Shown here one piece after another: positions 9,039 through 17,245 of a stretch of DNA of 40,815 nucleotides (its first letter is position 1; each line of letters starts with the position of its first letter). The stretch lies in NCBI GenBank assembly GCA_049579985.1, contig JBAUOX010000056.1:1-40815 (forward strand), given 5' to 3'. The stretch is from Isosphaeraceae bacterium (lineage in GTDB: Bacteria; Planctomycetota; Planctomycetia; Isosphaerales; Isosphaeraceae). The notes under the pieces were generated by a model. The model saw only the letters and a list, made by a program, of their open reading frames with translations, was not told the origin of the DNA and did not search any database. The translations under genes and the position numbers were made by a program.

Positions 9039-9365
9039 ATGGCTTCGACAACCTCTCAGGAACTCACGGTGGACGCGTCCATCAGTGATTTCTTATTTCG
9101 ACACGGCGCCGAGCGGGAGTTCCGGAAGGTCTGTGAGCTTGTGCGGGCCTCGTTTCCGGCATTGACTGGCATCGAAGTGGTGTTGCAAGAAGATCCCGAT
9201 GAAGATGGCCGGGCCAGGGCCGTCGTGTGCGCCAAGCTGCCCGAGGTATATCCCGATGACCAGCTTCAAGCCTCCATGCGACGCTACCACGAGCGTCTGA
9301 TCGCGGAGCTTCCGCTTTCCTATTGTCCCCTCTTCGCACTGGTTGTAGCGTTCGTTTCGGAGTGA
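9039..9365 (+). CDS. Small acidic hypothetical protein, probable antitoxin partner of the downstream HEPN gene
   Basis: GAGGA RBS; 108 aa; stops 2 nt before the HEPN start; no canonical MNT GS..G/DxD motif. Confidence 0.65.
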   Translation: MASTTSQELTVDASISDFLFRHGAEREFRKVCELVRASFPALTGIEVVLQEDPDEDGRARAVVCAKLPEVYPDDQLQASMRRYHERLIAELPLSYCPLFALVVAFVSE

Positions 9366-9367
9366 AC

Positions 9368-9802
9368 ATGCAGTGGGGCGAGTTCCAGGACACCGCCGGG
9401 CGTCTCGCGCAAGGGGCAACGGAGGGAGACTGGCGTTCGGCCGTTAGTCGCGCGTATTACGCTGTTTTCCACTGGTTTCACGGATTTCTATTGTCGAATG
9501 GCCTGGATGTCGGTCGGGGCGGCCAGAGCCACTTCAACCTCTATAGCGGCCTATTGAATTGTGGTTTCCCCCGGGTAGCTGCGATTGCGAGCAGGATCGA
9601 CGGCCTGCGGGCGCACCGCGTGTGGGCCGACTACGACCTGGCCCGGCCGATCGGCTGGCGCGCCGCGCAGACCAGTGTGCGAGAATCGCGTGCGCTGGTT
9701 GCTGATTTTCAGACCGTGTTGGCAGCTTTGCCCTCCATGCAAATCGTCGATGGTGCCCGGAAGCATCTCCAGTCGATCGGCCGGCTCGGGAGACAACCGT
9801 AG
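9368..9802 (+). CDS. HEPN-domain protein (UPF0332-like)
   Basis: RSAVSRAYYAVFH and LRAHRVWADY motifs; start moved to ATG 9368. Confidence 0.8.
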   Translation: MQWGEFQDTAGRLAQGATEGDWRSAVSRAYYAVFHWFHGFLLSNGLDVGRGGQSHFNLYSGLLNCGFPRVAAIASRIDGLRAHRVWADYDLARPIGWRAAQTSVRESRALVADFQTVLAALPSMQIVDGARKHLQSIGRLGRQP

Positions 9803-9983
9803 GTGGATGGCGATTATCTCGTGCCGAAGCCTTGATGGTGGCGGCAGATCTGAGAGTCGTAGGACAAGGCCGGCCCAAATGCGAGTGGAACGACACCATC
9901 GGACCCGGAAGAGCAGGATCCTGAGACGACAGAAACCCGGCCCCAGCGGAAGGCCGCGGAGTTAGGTATGGTGTCCCCGGAAC

Positions 9984-10364
9984 CCACGGGGCTGGATGTG
10001 GCGGCAGGAGCAGCCGGTGCGGATCCCCGACTACGACGAGCCGGAGCCGGACATCGCGATTGTCCGGGGGACCAACGACGACTACAAACACCGGACCCCG
10101 GAACCGTCGGACGTGGCGCTGCTCGTCGAGGTCTCCGAGAGCACCTACGATCGCGACCGGGGCGAGAAATGGACCGCCTACGCCAAAGGCGGGATCCCGG
10201 TCTATTGGATCATCAACCTGGCCAAGGGGCGGGTCGAGGTCTATACCCACCCGAGTCCAGCCGGTTACCGGTCGCGCGGGGACTTCCAGCCCGGCCTGCT
10301 TGTCCCCGTCACGATCGGCGGCCAGTCGCTCCGCCCGATCGCCGTCGCCGACATCCTGCCCTGA
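9984..10364 (+). pseudogene. 5'-truncated Uma2/DUF820 family endonuclease-like gene
   Basis: QEQPVRI..EPEPDIAIV, LLVEVSEST...DRGEK..AYAKGGIPVYWIINL; the N-terminal third is missing and there is an in-frame TAG at 9963. Confidence 0.75.
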
Positions 10365-10480
10365 CGGCCGCCGGCGCGGCCCCCGATCGCGTCGCCATCC
10401 ACACAGCAACGGGATTCTCCCCCCTGCGCTCTACCTACGGTCATTCGGTGCTGGAGTAATAGGAAGCGCCGGAGGATCTG

Positions 10481-10774
10481 ATGGAAACCTATTTGATTGT
10501 GATCGGAAGAACACCGACTGGTTACAGTGGCCACTGTCCTGACGTCTTGGGCTGCGCCTCAGCGGGCAAGACGGTCGAGGCAGTCGTGGCAAACCTGAAA
10601 CAGGCGCTGGAACTTCACTTCGAAGGCATGGTGGAAGATGGCGATCCGATTCCCAAACCCCGCGGTCTCGATTCGTATCGAGAGGTGATGAAGGATATGG
10701 ATTTGGACCAGTATTTCCTGGCTCATGTCCAGATCGATACGAGCCGATATGCCGCCCCAATGAGCCATTCCTGA
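10481..10774 (+). CDS. hicB: HicB-family antitoxin-like protein (no adjacent HicA)
   Basis: YLIVI..TPTGYSGHCPDVLGCASAGKTVE....NLKQALELHFEGMVEDGDPIP; GGAGGA RBS. Confidence 0.8.
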   Translation: METYLIVIGRTPTGYSGHCPDVLGCASAGKTVEAVVANLKQALELHFEGMVEDGDPIPKPRGLDSYREVMKDMDLDQYFLAHVQIDTSRYAAPMSHS

Positions 10775-11035
10775 GCCAGGACATGTCGGCGCAATTGTCT
10801 GCCGCTCGACGGCCGCTTTCCAGTCGCCCATCTCGGCATAGGCAGCTCCCCAGGGAAACAATATGCCCAAGCAATCGAGACCACCCTTCGGGCGGTGCCC
10901 CCTCGCGCTCCCAGGGGAAGGGAAATGAAGCAGCCTTGGTCCATGGGGACGGGCGTGGCGCCCGACAGCCTCGCAAGATGGTACAATCGGTTATGCAGAG
11001 CAAGCAGAACCCAGCGATCCGTCCGGAGTTTCGCC

Positions 11036-11629
11036 ATGTCAACGATCAGCTCCCTACCCACGACCGAGCTCGCGAGCGGACCGATTGACCTCACCGTCGT
11101 CGAGCCCGAAGGCCATTTCGAAGTTGTCAATGGAAAGGTGGTGGAGAAGCCGGCCATGGGAGTCTTTGAAACCTGGATCGCGTCAGAACTGTTTGGCTGG
11201 CTTGAACGATCGCCTGGAATCCAGGAACATGGTCGCTTTCCCAGCGAAATGCTCTTCTTGCTCGATGCGGCCAACGACCTCAAGCGCCGGCCGGACCTCG
11301 CGTTTGTCTCTCATGAGCGATGGGCGCGGAACCGTCCTGTTCCCAGAACGGACGCCTGGGAGGTCATCCCCGATCTGGCCATCGAGATCATCAGCCCGAT
11401 GAACCTTGCCTGCGAAGTTCTTGTCCGGGTCGATGACTACTTCCGATCCGGAGTCAGGTCGGTCTGGGTCGTCTATCCGGTCGCAGAACAGGTTTACGTT
11501 TACGAATCTCCCACGAGCGTGCGGATTCTGACGCGTTCCGACCGCCTCGAGTTGCCGGCCATACTGCCTGGCTTTCAGGTCCCGCTGGAGAGCCTTTTTG
11601 AACGACCCACCGCGAGTTTGATCGACTGA
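11036..11629 (+). CDS. Uma2/DUF820 family endonuclease-like protein
   Basis: FEVVNGKVVEK, RRPDLAFVS, PDLAIEIISP, YFRSGVRSVWVVYP, ILPGFQVPLESLF; GGAG RBS before ATG 11036. Confidence 0.88.
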   Translation: MSTISSLPTTELASGPIDLTVVEPEGHFEVVNGKVVEKPAMGVFETWIASELFGWLERSPGIQEHGRFPSEMLFLLDAANDLKRRPDLAFVSHERWARNRPVPRTDAWEVIPDLAIEIISPMNLACEVLVRVDDYFRSGVRSVWVVYPVAEQVYVYESPTSVRILTRSDRLELPAILPGFQVPLESLFERPTASLID

Positions 11630-11764
11630 ACCCGCCCACCCCGTTCCGGGGGCCCACCGCCGGGCTTCAACCCGCGCGGTCAGGCGGGCTTCTCCCGTGG
11701 GGCTTTAGCCCTCAAGCCGCCCTGGCGGCGTAAGTCAACGAGTAATGGTTCCGGTAAACATTGC

Positions 11765-11792
11765 TTGCAAAAGGGTTGGCCCGTGGTACAGT
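11765..11792 (+). promoter_or_regulatory. Putative sigma70 promoter, TTGCAA-N16-TACAGT with extended -10 TG
   Basis: Motif match; predicted start near 11799, directly at a boxA-like sequence. Confidence 0.65.
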
Positions 11793-11798
11793 GGGCTC

Positions 11799-12094
11799 GT
11801 TCTTTGGCAATTTGCTGTTGCCGGTTGTGGGGAGAAGGCCCCCACGTAAAACAGCAACCACGATCGAAGAGCCCGTCCCGTCCGTCAGGAGACGCACGGA
11901 GCGGCTTGTCTCCACAAACCTCGCGGCGGGGGCAACCTCGTGGTCGGCTTGGTTCTCAGGAGACATCGAAAGCTCCAAGTATCGTATCCTGCGCAAGCAG
12001 GTTATGCGTAGCTGCCAGGACACTGGCCAGGAACGGACTGCTGTAGCTCGGAGTGATCCGAGAAGCTGCTGGACTTCAGTCCGAGCAGAGTGTC
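11799..12094 (+). ncRNA. Unidentified highly structured RNA or 5' leader upstream of hisS
   Basis: boxA-like GTTCTTTGGCAA; at least 7 helices and three GNRA-capped hairpins (GCAA 11932-11935, GCAA 11993-11996, GTGA 12053-12056); no credible ORF. Confidence 0.65.
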
Positions 12095-12128
12095 ACTTCT
12101 CAAGATACCGTTTAAGGATGCGATTTTC

Positions 12129-13499
12129 ATGATCGACCCCCGCGTGGCCAGCGGGCTGCGGGACCTCCCTCCCGCGGTGATGATTCCCCGTGAGCGAATG
12201 CTGGCGGCCTTTCGCCGGACCTTCGCCAGTTTCGGCTTCGTGCCGATCGAGACCCCGCACATCGAGCGCATGGAAGTGCTGACCGGCAAGGGAGCGGGTT
12301 CGGACGAGGTGCTCAGGCAGATCTTCGAGGTCACCAATCGGGGCGGGACGCCCGGCGAGCTGGCGCTTCGGTTCGACCTGACCGTCCCGCTGGCCCGGTT
12401 CGTCGCCAGGCATGTTGACGAGCTAGGCGTGCCGTTCAAGCGGTATGCGATCGGCTCGGTCTTCCGTGGCGAGCGTCCGGCCAAGGGCCGGTTCCGCGAA
12501 TTCGTCCAGTGCGACTTCGACACGATCGGCACCGAGAGCGTGCTGGCCGACGCCGAGATCGCCCAGGTCATTCACTCCGCCCTGGAGGGCGCAGGGGTTC
12601 TTGACTTCACGATCACGCTCAACGACCGCAAGATCCTTGACGGCATGCTCGAATCGCTGGAGCTCTCGGGACGTAGCGGCCAGGTGCTGCGGGCGCTTGA
12701 CAAGCTGTCCAAGATCGGTCCGGAGGGCGTCGTCGACGAACTCCAGAAAGAGCACGACCAGGGCGGGGCGGGGTTGAGCTCGGACCAGGCCAGATCGGTC
12801 CTTGCGTTTGCCGAGACCGGGCGCGGCGGCGTGGAGGTGCTTCGCGAGGCCGAGGCGGCGCTCGGTTCCAACCCGCACGCCGGCCAGGGTATCGCCAACC
12901 TCCGCACCGTCCTCGACCTGCTCGACGCCGCGGGCATTCCGCAGGACCGGATCGCCATCGACCTGGGCCTGGCGCGCGGGCTCGATTACTACACGGGAAT
13001 CGTCTTCGAGACCACGGTCAAGGGCTGGGAGAAGTTCGGCAGCATCGCCTCGGGAGGACGCTACGACAATCTCGCCAGCCTCTTCACCGCGCGGCGGCTG
13101 CCCGGCGTCGGGGCCTCGATCGGGCTGGACCGGCTGCTGGCCTTGCTCGACGAGGCCGGGCAGCTCAAGTCGGCGGCCACGACCGCGCCGGTGCTGGTGG
13201 CGAACTTTCCTGGCACCGATCCGGTGATCCCGTTTCGCATGGCCGCACGGCTGCGCAACGCGGGCATCGGCGCCGAGGTCTATCCCGATCCGATCCAGAT
13301 CGGCAAGCAGATGGGTTATGGTTCCAGTCGCGGCCACAAGCTGGCCGTCATCGTGGGACCCGACGAGGCAATCCGGGAAGTCTTCAACCTCCGGGACCTG
13401 ACGTCCCGCCAGGAAGACAAGGGCCTTTCCTGGTCGGTGCTCGAGGACTCGGTGCAGAGTGTCCTGGAGATCCTCGCGCAGGAAGGACACCGGTTATGA
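12129..13499 (+). CDS. hisS: Histidine--tRNA ligase
   Basis: GLRD, ETP, LALRFDLTVPLAR, FRGERPAKGRFREFVQCDFD, LARGLDYYTG, GGRYDNL, GASIGLDRL and an anticodon-binding domain. Confidence 0.96.
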   Translation: MIDPRVASGLRDLPPAVMIPRERMLAAFRRTFASFGFVPIETPHIERMEVLTGKGAGSDEVLRQIFEVTNRGGTPGELALRFDLTVPLARFVARHVDELGVPFKRYAIGSVFRGERPAKGRFREFVQCDFDTIGTESVLADAEIAQVIHSALEGAGVLDFTITLNDRKILDGMLESLELSGRSGQVLRALDKLSKIGPEGVVDELQKEHDQGGAGLSSDQARSVLAFAETGRGGVEVLREAEAALGSNPHAGQGIANLRTVLDLLDAAGIPQDRIAIDLGLARGLDYYTGIVFETTVKGWEKFGSIASGGRYDNLASLFTARRLPGVGASIGLDRLLALLDEAGQLKSAATTAPVLVANFPGTDPVIPFRMAARLRNAGIGAEVYPDPIQIGKQMGYGSSRGHKLAVIVGPDEAIREVFNLRDLTSRQEDKGLSWSVLEDSVQSVLEILAQEGHRL

Positions 13500-15055
13500 A
13501 TCCCGTCCCAGCGGAGCCCGGGCGGCCGATCGGGATGGATTCGATCGAGCGTCCTGTCGGACGGGTGCGGGGCACGAGAGACTGGCTGCCCCACGATTTT
13601 GCCCGTGTCGCCGCGCTCGAGCGGCTCTTGCTGGACCAGTTCCGGCGGGCGGGCTACGAGCCGATGCGGACGCCGATCCTCGAGTTCGCGGAATTGCATG
13701 AGCGCAAGAGCGGGGCTGGGATCGTGGCCAGGCTGTTCGAGATTTCCGGCGGTGGGCCGGCCGGGATCTGCCTGCGGCCTGAGCTCACCGCCAGCATCGT
13801 GCGGGCCTATGCCGAAGCCGCGGAGTGCCCCCCCCTGCCCGCTCGCGTCAGCATGTCGGGCCCGGTCTTCCGGTTTCAGCCGCCGACGCCCGGGCGCGAC
13901 CGCGAATTCACCCAGGTCGGCGTCGAACTCATCGGGGCTGGGGGGCCGGCCGCCGATGCCGAGGTCATCTGGCTGGCCGACTGGTCCCTCCGCGCGCTGG
14001 GGTTCGCCGATGCGTCGATCCGGATCGGCCACGTCGGCTTGATCCTCGAGCTCTTGAGCCGGTCGGGACTTCCCCCCGCGGCGACCTCGGCCCTGGTCGA
14101 ATCGCTGAGCGAGGCCGCTGCCGAAGGCCATAGCGTGCGTGCGATCGAGTCGGGCCTGCAGCGGCTGGGCGGCTGGCTGCGGACCGAAGATGACGACGCG
14201 CTGGAATGGCCGCCGGCTGCCGGGCCCGCCGAGGCCCCCGCCGTCGATCGCCTCTTCCGGCATCTCGTCCCCGACGTGACCGGCCGCCGCTCGGCCGGCG
14301 AGATCATCGACCGGCTGAGGCGCAAGTGGGATCTGGGGCACTCGCTGAGCGAGGTCCTCTCACGCGTGCGCGACCAGGTGCACGCTCTGGCCGACCTGCG
14401 CGGACCGGCCGGGCCGATGCTGGATCGCCTTGATCGCGAATACGCAGCGCTCGCGCCCGAATCGGTTGCCGCCCTGCGCTCGCTGCTGGACATGCTCGGC
14501 CATCATGGGGTCGACTCCGGGCGGATCGAGCTCGACCTTGGTTTCGGCCGGGGGATCGGCTTCTACACCCAGATGATCTTCGAGATCGTTGTGCCGACCT
14601 CGGAGGGGCCGGTCGAGGTCTGTGGCGGCGGCCGCTACGACGGCCTGGCACGCGTCCTGGGCAGTCAGCGCGACGACCGCGGCGCGGGATTCGCCTTTGG
14701 GCTGGAACGGGTGCACGCGGTTCTGAAGGCGCGATCGGACGCGGTGCCAGGCGGCACGGTGGGCTGTCGCGGCTACCTCGTCACCAGCGGCAAACCGGAC
14801 GAGGTCACTCCCGCGGCGATCGACCTGGCGACATTCCTGCGGGAACGGACCCAGGTTCCCGTGGTCCTTTCCGGCCTCGGGTTCCAGGCCGCGGTCGAGC
14901 AGGCCCGCGCCCTGGGCCTGGGCCAGGTGGTCACGGCCGGGGGGACGATCGAGCTCTGGAACCTCGAGTACGGCGATGTTCGCTCGGTCCGGGAAGGTGA
15001 GCTGATCGACCAGATGCGCACCCGCCTGGCCGTCTTTCGGGGCGATCGAACATGA
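13496..15055 (+). CDS. hisZ: ATP phosphoribosyltransferase regulatory subunit (HisZ, HisRS paralogue)
   Basis: RGTRD, LRPELTASIVR, GPVFR, REFTQVGVELIG, GRGIGFYT, GGGRYDGL; ATGA-coupled between hisS and hisG. Confidence 0.85.
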   Translation: MNPVPAEPGRPIGMDSIERPVGRVRGTRDWLPHDFARVAALERLLLDQFRRAGYEPMRTPILEFAELHERKSGAGIVARLFEISGGGPAGICLRPELTASIVRAYAEAAECPPLPARVSMSGPVFRFQPPTPGRDREFTQVGVELIGAGGPAADAEVIWLADWSLRALGFADASIRIGHVGLILELLSRSGLPPAATSALVESLSEAAAEGHSVRAIESGLQRLGGWLRTEDDDALEWPPAAGPAEAPAVDRLFRHLVPDVTGRRSAGEIIDRLRRKWDLGHSLSEVLSRVRDQVHALADLRGPAGPMLDRLDREYAALAPESVAALRSLLDMLGHHGVDSGRIELDLGFGRGIGFYTQMIFEIVVPTSEGPVEVCGGGRYDGLARVLGSQRDDRGAGFAFGLERVHAVLKARSDAVPGGTVGCRGYLVTSGKPDEVTPAAIDLATFLRERTQVPVVLSGLGFQAAVEQARALGLGQVVTAGGTIELWNLEYGDVRSVREGELIDQMRTRLAVFRGDRT

Positions 15056-16086
15056 GCACGCTCATCGACCCCATCCGCCTGGCCATCCCCTCCAAGGGCC
15101 ACCTGTACGACGGGGCCGTCGACCTGCTCAGGACGGCCGGCTACAAGGTCCGTCGGGCCAGCGACCGACAGTACGAGGCGACGATCTCCGGCCAGCCGAG
15201 GTTCCACATCGTCTTCATGCGGCCGGCCGACATCGTGATCCAGGTCCAGGAGGGCCGCTGCCACCTGGGCGTCACGGGGATGGACGTCTACGCCGAGCAC
15301 GCCTTCGAGGCCGAGCACGCTGCCGTGGTCATTCCCGACCTCGGTTACGGCGGCTGCCGGCTGGTCGTCGCCGTGCCCGAGAGCTGGATCGACGTCAGCC
15401 ACATCATGGACCTCGTGGATCTGACGACGGAGTTCAAGATCGCCGGCAAGACTTTTCGGGTCTCGACCAAGTACCCGGCAGTGGTCCGGCAATACTTCCG
15501 GAAGTGGGGCATCTATTATTACCAGTTGGTCGATTCGCAGGGCGCCCTCGAGCTGCACCCCAGCCTGGGCATCGCCGACATCATCGTGGACCTGACCAGC
15601 TCGGGCACGACCCTCAAGGACAACCGGCTGCGCGAGATCAAGGGCGGCACCGTGCTCGAATCAGCCGCCTGCCTGATCGGCCACGCTCCCTCCCTTTCCA
15701 CTCTTGTTGCCGAGGGAGAGACCGGCCCGCTCGCCCTGCTGCTCGACGCCATCGACGGCGTCAAGCGCTCCGAGGGCCTGCTCCACCTCGAGGTCGTGGG
15801 CAACCCCGCCGCCCCCGGACCCGGCCCCGAGACGGCCGCCGCGGTGGCCAGATACCTGAGCGGCCAGGGCGCCCAGCAGCTCGTCCGCGGCGAGGTCTGG
15901 GACGACCAGGGCCAGCCCGGCTGGCGCGTCACCGCGCTCGTCGCCGCCAGCAAGCTCGCCGCCTGCCAGCGTCCTCTCCTCGCGCTGGGCGCCAGCCGCA
16001 TCGTCGGCCTGCCTGCGCAGTTCGTGTTCGATCGCGACGTCCCCTCGACGTTCAACGAGCTGAGCGAACGCCTGCTCCGCGACTGA
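15052..16086 (+). CDS. hisG: ATP phosphoribosyltransferase with C-terminal domain
   Basis: LAIPSKG, RPADI, GVTGMD, LGYGGCRLVVAVP, TKYP, GALE..P.LGIADIIVDLTSSGTTLKDNRL. Confidence 0.95.
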   Translation: MSTLIDPIRLAIPSKGHLYDGAVDLLRTAGYKVRRASDRQYEATISGQPRFHIVFMRPADIVIQVQEGRCHLGVTGMDVYAEHAFEAEHAAVVIPDLGYGGCRLVVAVPESWIDVSHIMDLVDLTTEFKIAGKTFRVSTKYPAVVRQYFRKWGIYYYQLVDSQGALELHPSLGIADIIVDLTSSGTTLKDNRLREIKGGTVLESAACLIGHAPSLSTLVAEGETGPLALLLDAIDGVKRSEGLLHLEVVGNPAAPGPGPETAAAVARYLSGQGAQQLVRGEVWDDQGQPGWRVTALVAASKLAACQRPLLALGASRIVGLPAQFVFDRDVPSTFNELSERLLRD

Positions 16087-16094
16087 GGTCCGTT

Positions 16095-17207
16095 CTAGAC
16101 TGACATTCGAGACCATGCACTGGACCCTCGCATGCCAGGGTCTGGGGGTCGTGAGGCGGGCCCCTCGCCCTGGATCGCGTCGATCCGCCTGGCCGGAAGC
16201 TCGTCGTCGAGATGGCGGGCCGCCGCGGTAAGGGCTCGCACGTCACTCAGGTTGGCCAGGTAAACGCACGCGGCGATCAGTCCGCAGCCGTAAGTCAGGA
16301 CGCGGAAGCCCATCATGCTCAGGGCGCCGCTGGGGTGTCCCACCAGCTTGAAGAGCTGTTCCCCGATTCCCTCACTGAGGCCCAGAGCGCCGAAGGGAAG
16401 GGGAACGATGGTGGAAAAAAGGGTCAGGGGCACCATCAGGTAGTGCTGGGCGAGCGTCGTCGTGATCCCCGTGGGAAAGAGCATTTTGCCCATGACGAAG
16501 AAGGCCAGGACGCTCAACGCGTGGCCGAGCACCGAGAGGCCGAGGCTGACCAGAACGACATCGAGCCGGAGCCGGTAGGTGGTGGACATGGCCTCGAGCT
16601 CCGACATAATCAAAAACAGTCGCCCGTGTCCACTCCCACCCAACCGTGGGAAGAACCGGTGCAGCACGTTGCCGAAGATGGCCGTCAGCAGGAGCACGCC
16701 CAGCCCCAGCGCGACCCAGGCCGCAACGATTAGTTTACGAATGTCCGGAGAGGCCAATCGCCAGGCCAGAACGCCGGCGCCTGCCGCCAGGCTAAAAAGG
16801 CCCAGCAACCCGACGATCCGGTCGATCAACATCGAGGCAATGGCTTGCGTTCTCTTGATTTGCATTCGAACGAGATAGGCCGCTTTGATGAAGTCACCGC
16901 CAACCGGGCCGGGGATCACCAGGCCGAAGACGTATCCGATGCAACCTAACAGCACCGTGTCCCGCAGCTTGAACCCTGGCTCGATAACCCGCACCAGCAT
17001 GTGCCAGCGCAGATAAGAGATCAGCAGGCTGATCTGGTAGATCAGAAGTCCCAGGCCGAGCAGTCGCAGGTCCAGCCGGTGGCGGAACACCTCGCCGATC
17101 TTGTCTCTGTTCTGCCAGATCACCAGCCCCAACAGGGCGAAGGCCAGCGCCGCCAGGAAGGCGTTTACAACCGGGCCGAGCCGCAAGTGTTTCCGGGGTC
17201 TTGTCAT
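16095..17207 (-). CDS. Lysylphosphatidylglycerol-synthase TM / flippase-like membrane protein (UPF0104)
   Basis: RW..L, PGPVGGDFIK, DRIVGL, PLPFGALGLSE motifs; about 8 TM segments. Confidence 0.82.
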   Translation of the reverse strand: MTRPRKHLRLGPVVNAFLAALAFALLGLVIWQNRDKIGEVFRHRLDLRLLGLGLLIYQISLLISYLRWHMLVRVIEPGFKLRDTVLLGCIGYVFGLVIPGPVGGDFIKAAYLVRMQIKRTQAIASMLIDRIVGLLGLFSLAAGAGVLAWRLASPDIRKLIVAAWVALGLGVLLLTAIFGNVLHRFFPRLGGSGHGRLFLIMSELEAMSTTYRLRLDVVLVSLGLSVLGHALSVLAFFVMGKMLFPTGITTTLAQHYLMVPLTLFSTIVPLPFGALGLSEGIGEQLFKLVGHPSGALSMMGFRVLTYGCGLIAACVYLANLSDVRALTAAARHLDDELPARRIDAIQGEGPASRPPDPGMRGSSAWSRMSV

Positions 17208-17245
17208 TGAATGCCAGTGGCTCTACACGATGCTTCGGGGCGAAT

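Noticed and set aside
9821..9829. GTGCCGAAG, the reverse complement of the tRNA 3' end, as an att site
   Set aside because: Only 9 bp, inverted rather than direct, and no integrase; compatible with chance.
11658..11712. GGGCTTCAACCC / GGGCTTTAGCCC REP-like hairpins
   Set aside because: Short and degenerate; plausible REP remnants but not supportable as a feature without a genome-wide count.
11770..12128. T-box riboswitch or His leader-peptide attenuator for hisS
   Set aside because: No T-box consensus near the 3' end, no U-tailed terminator and no His-codon run.
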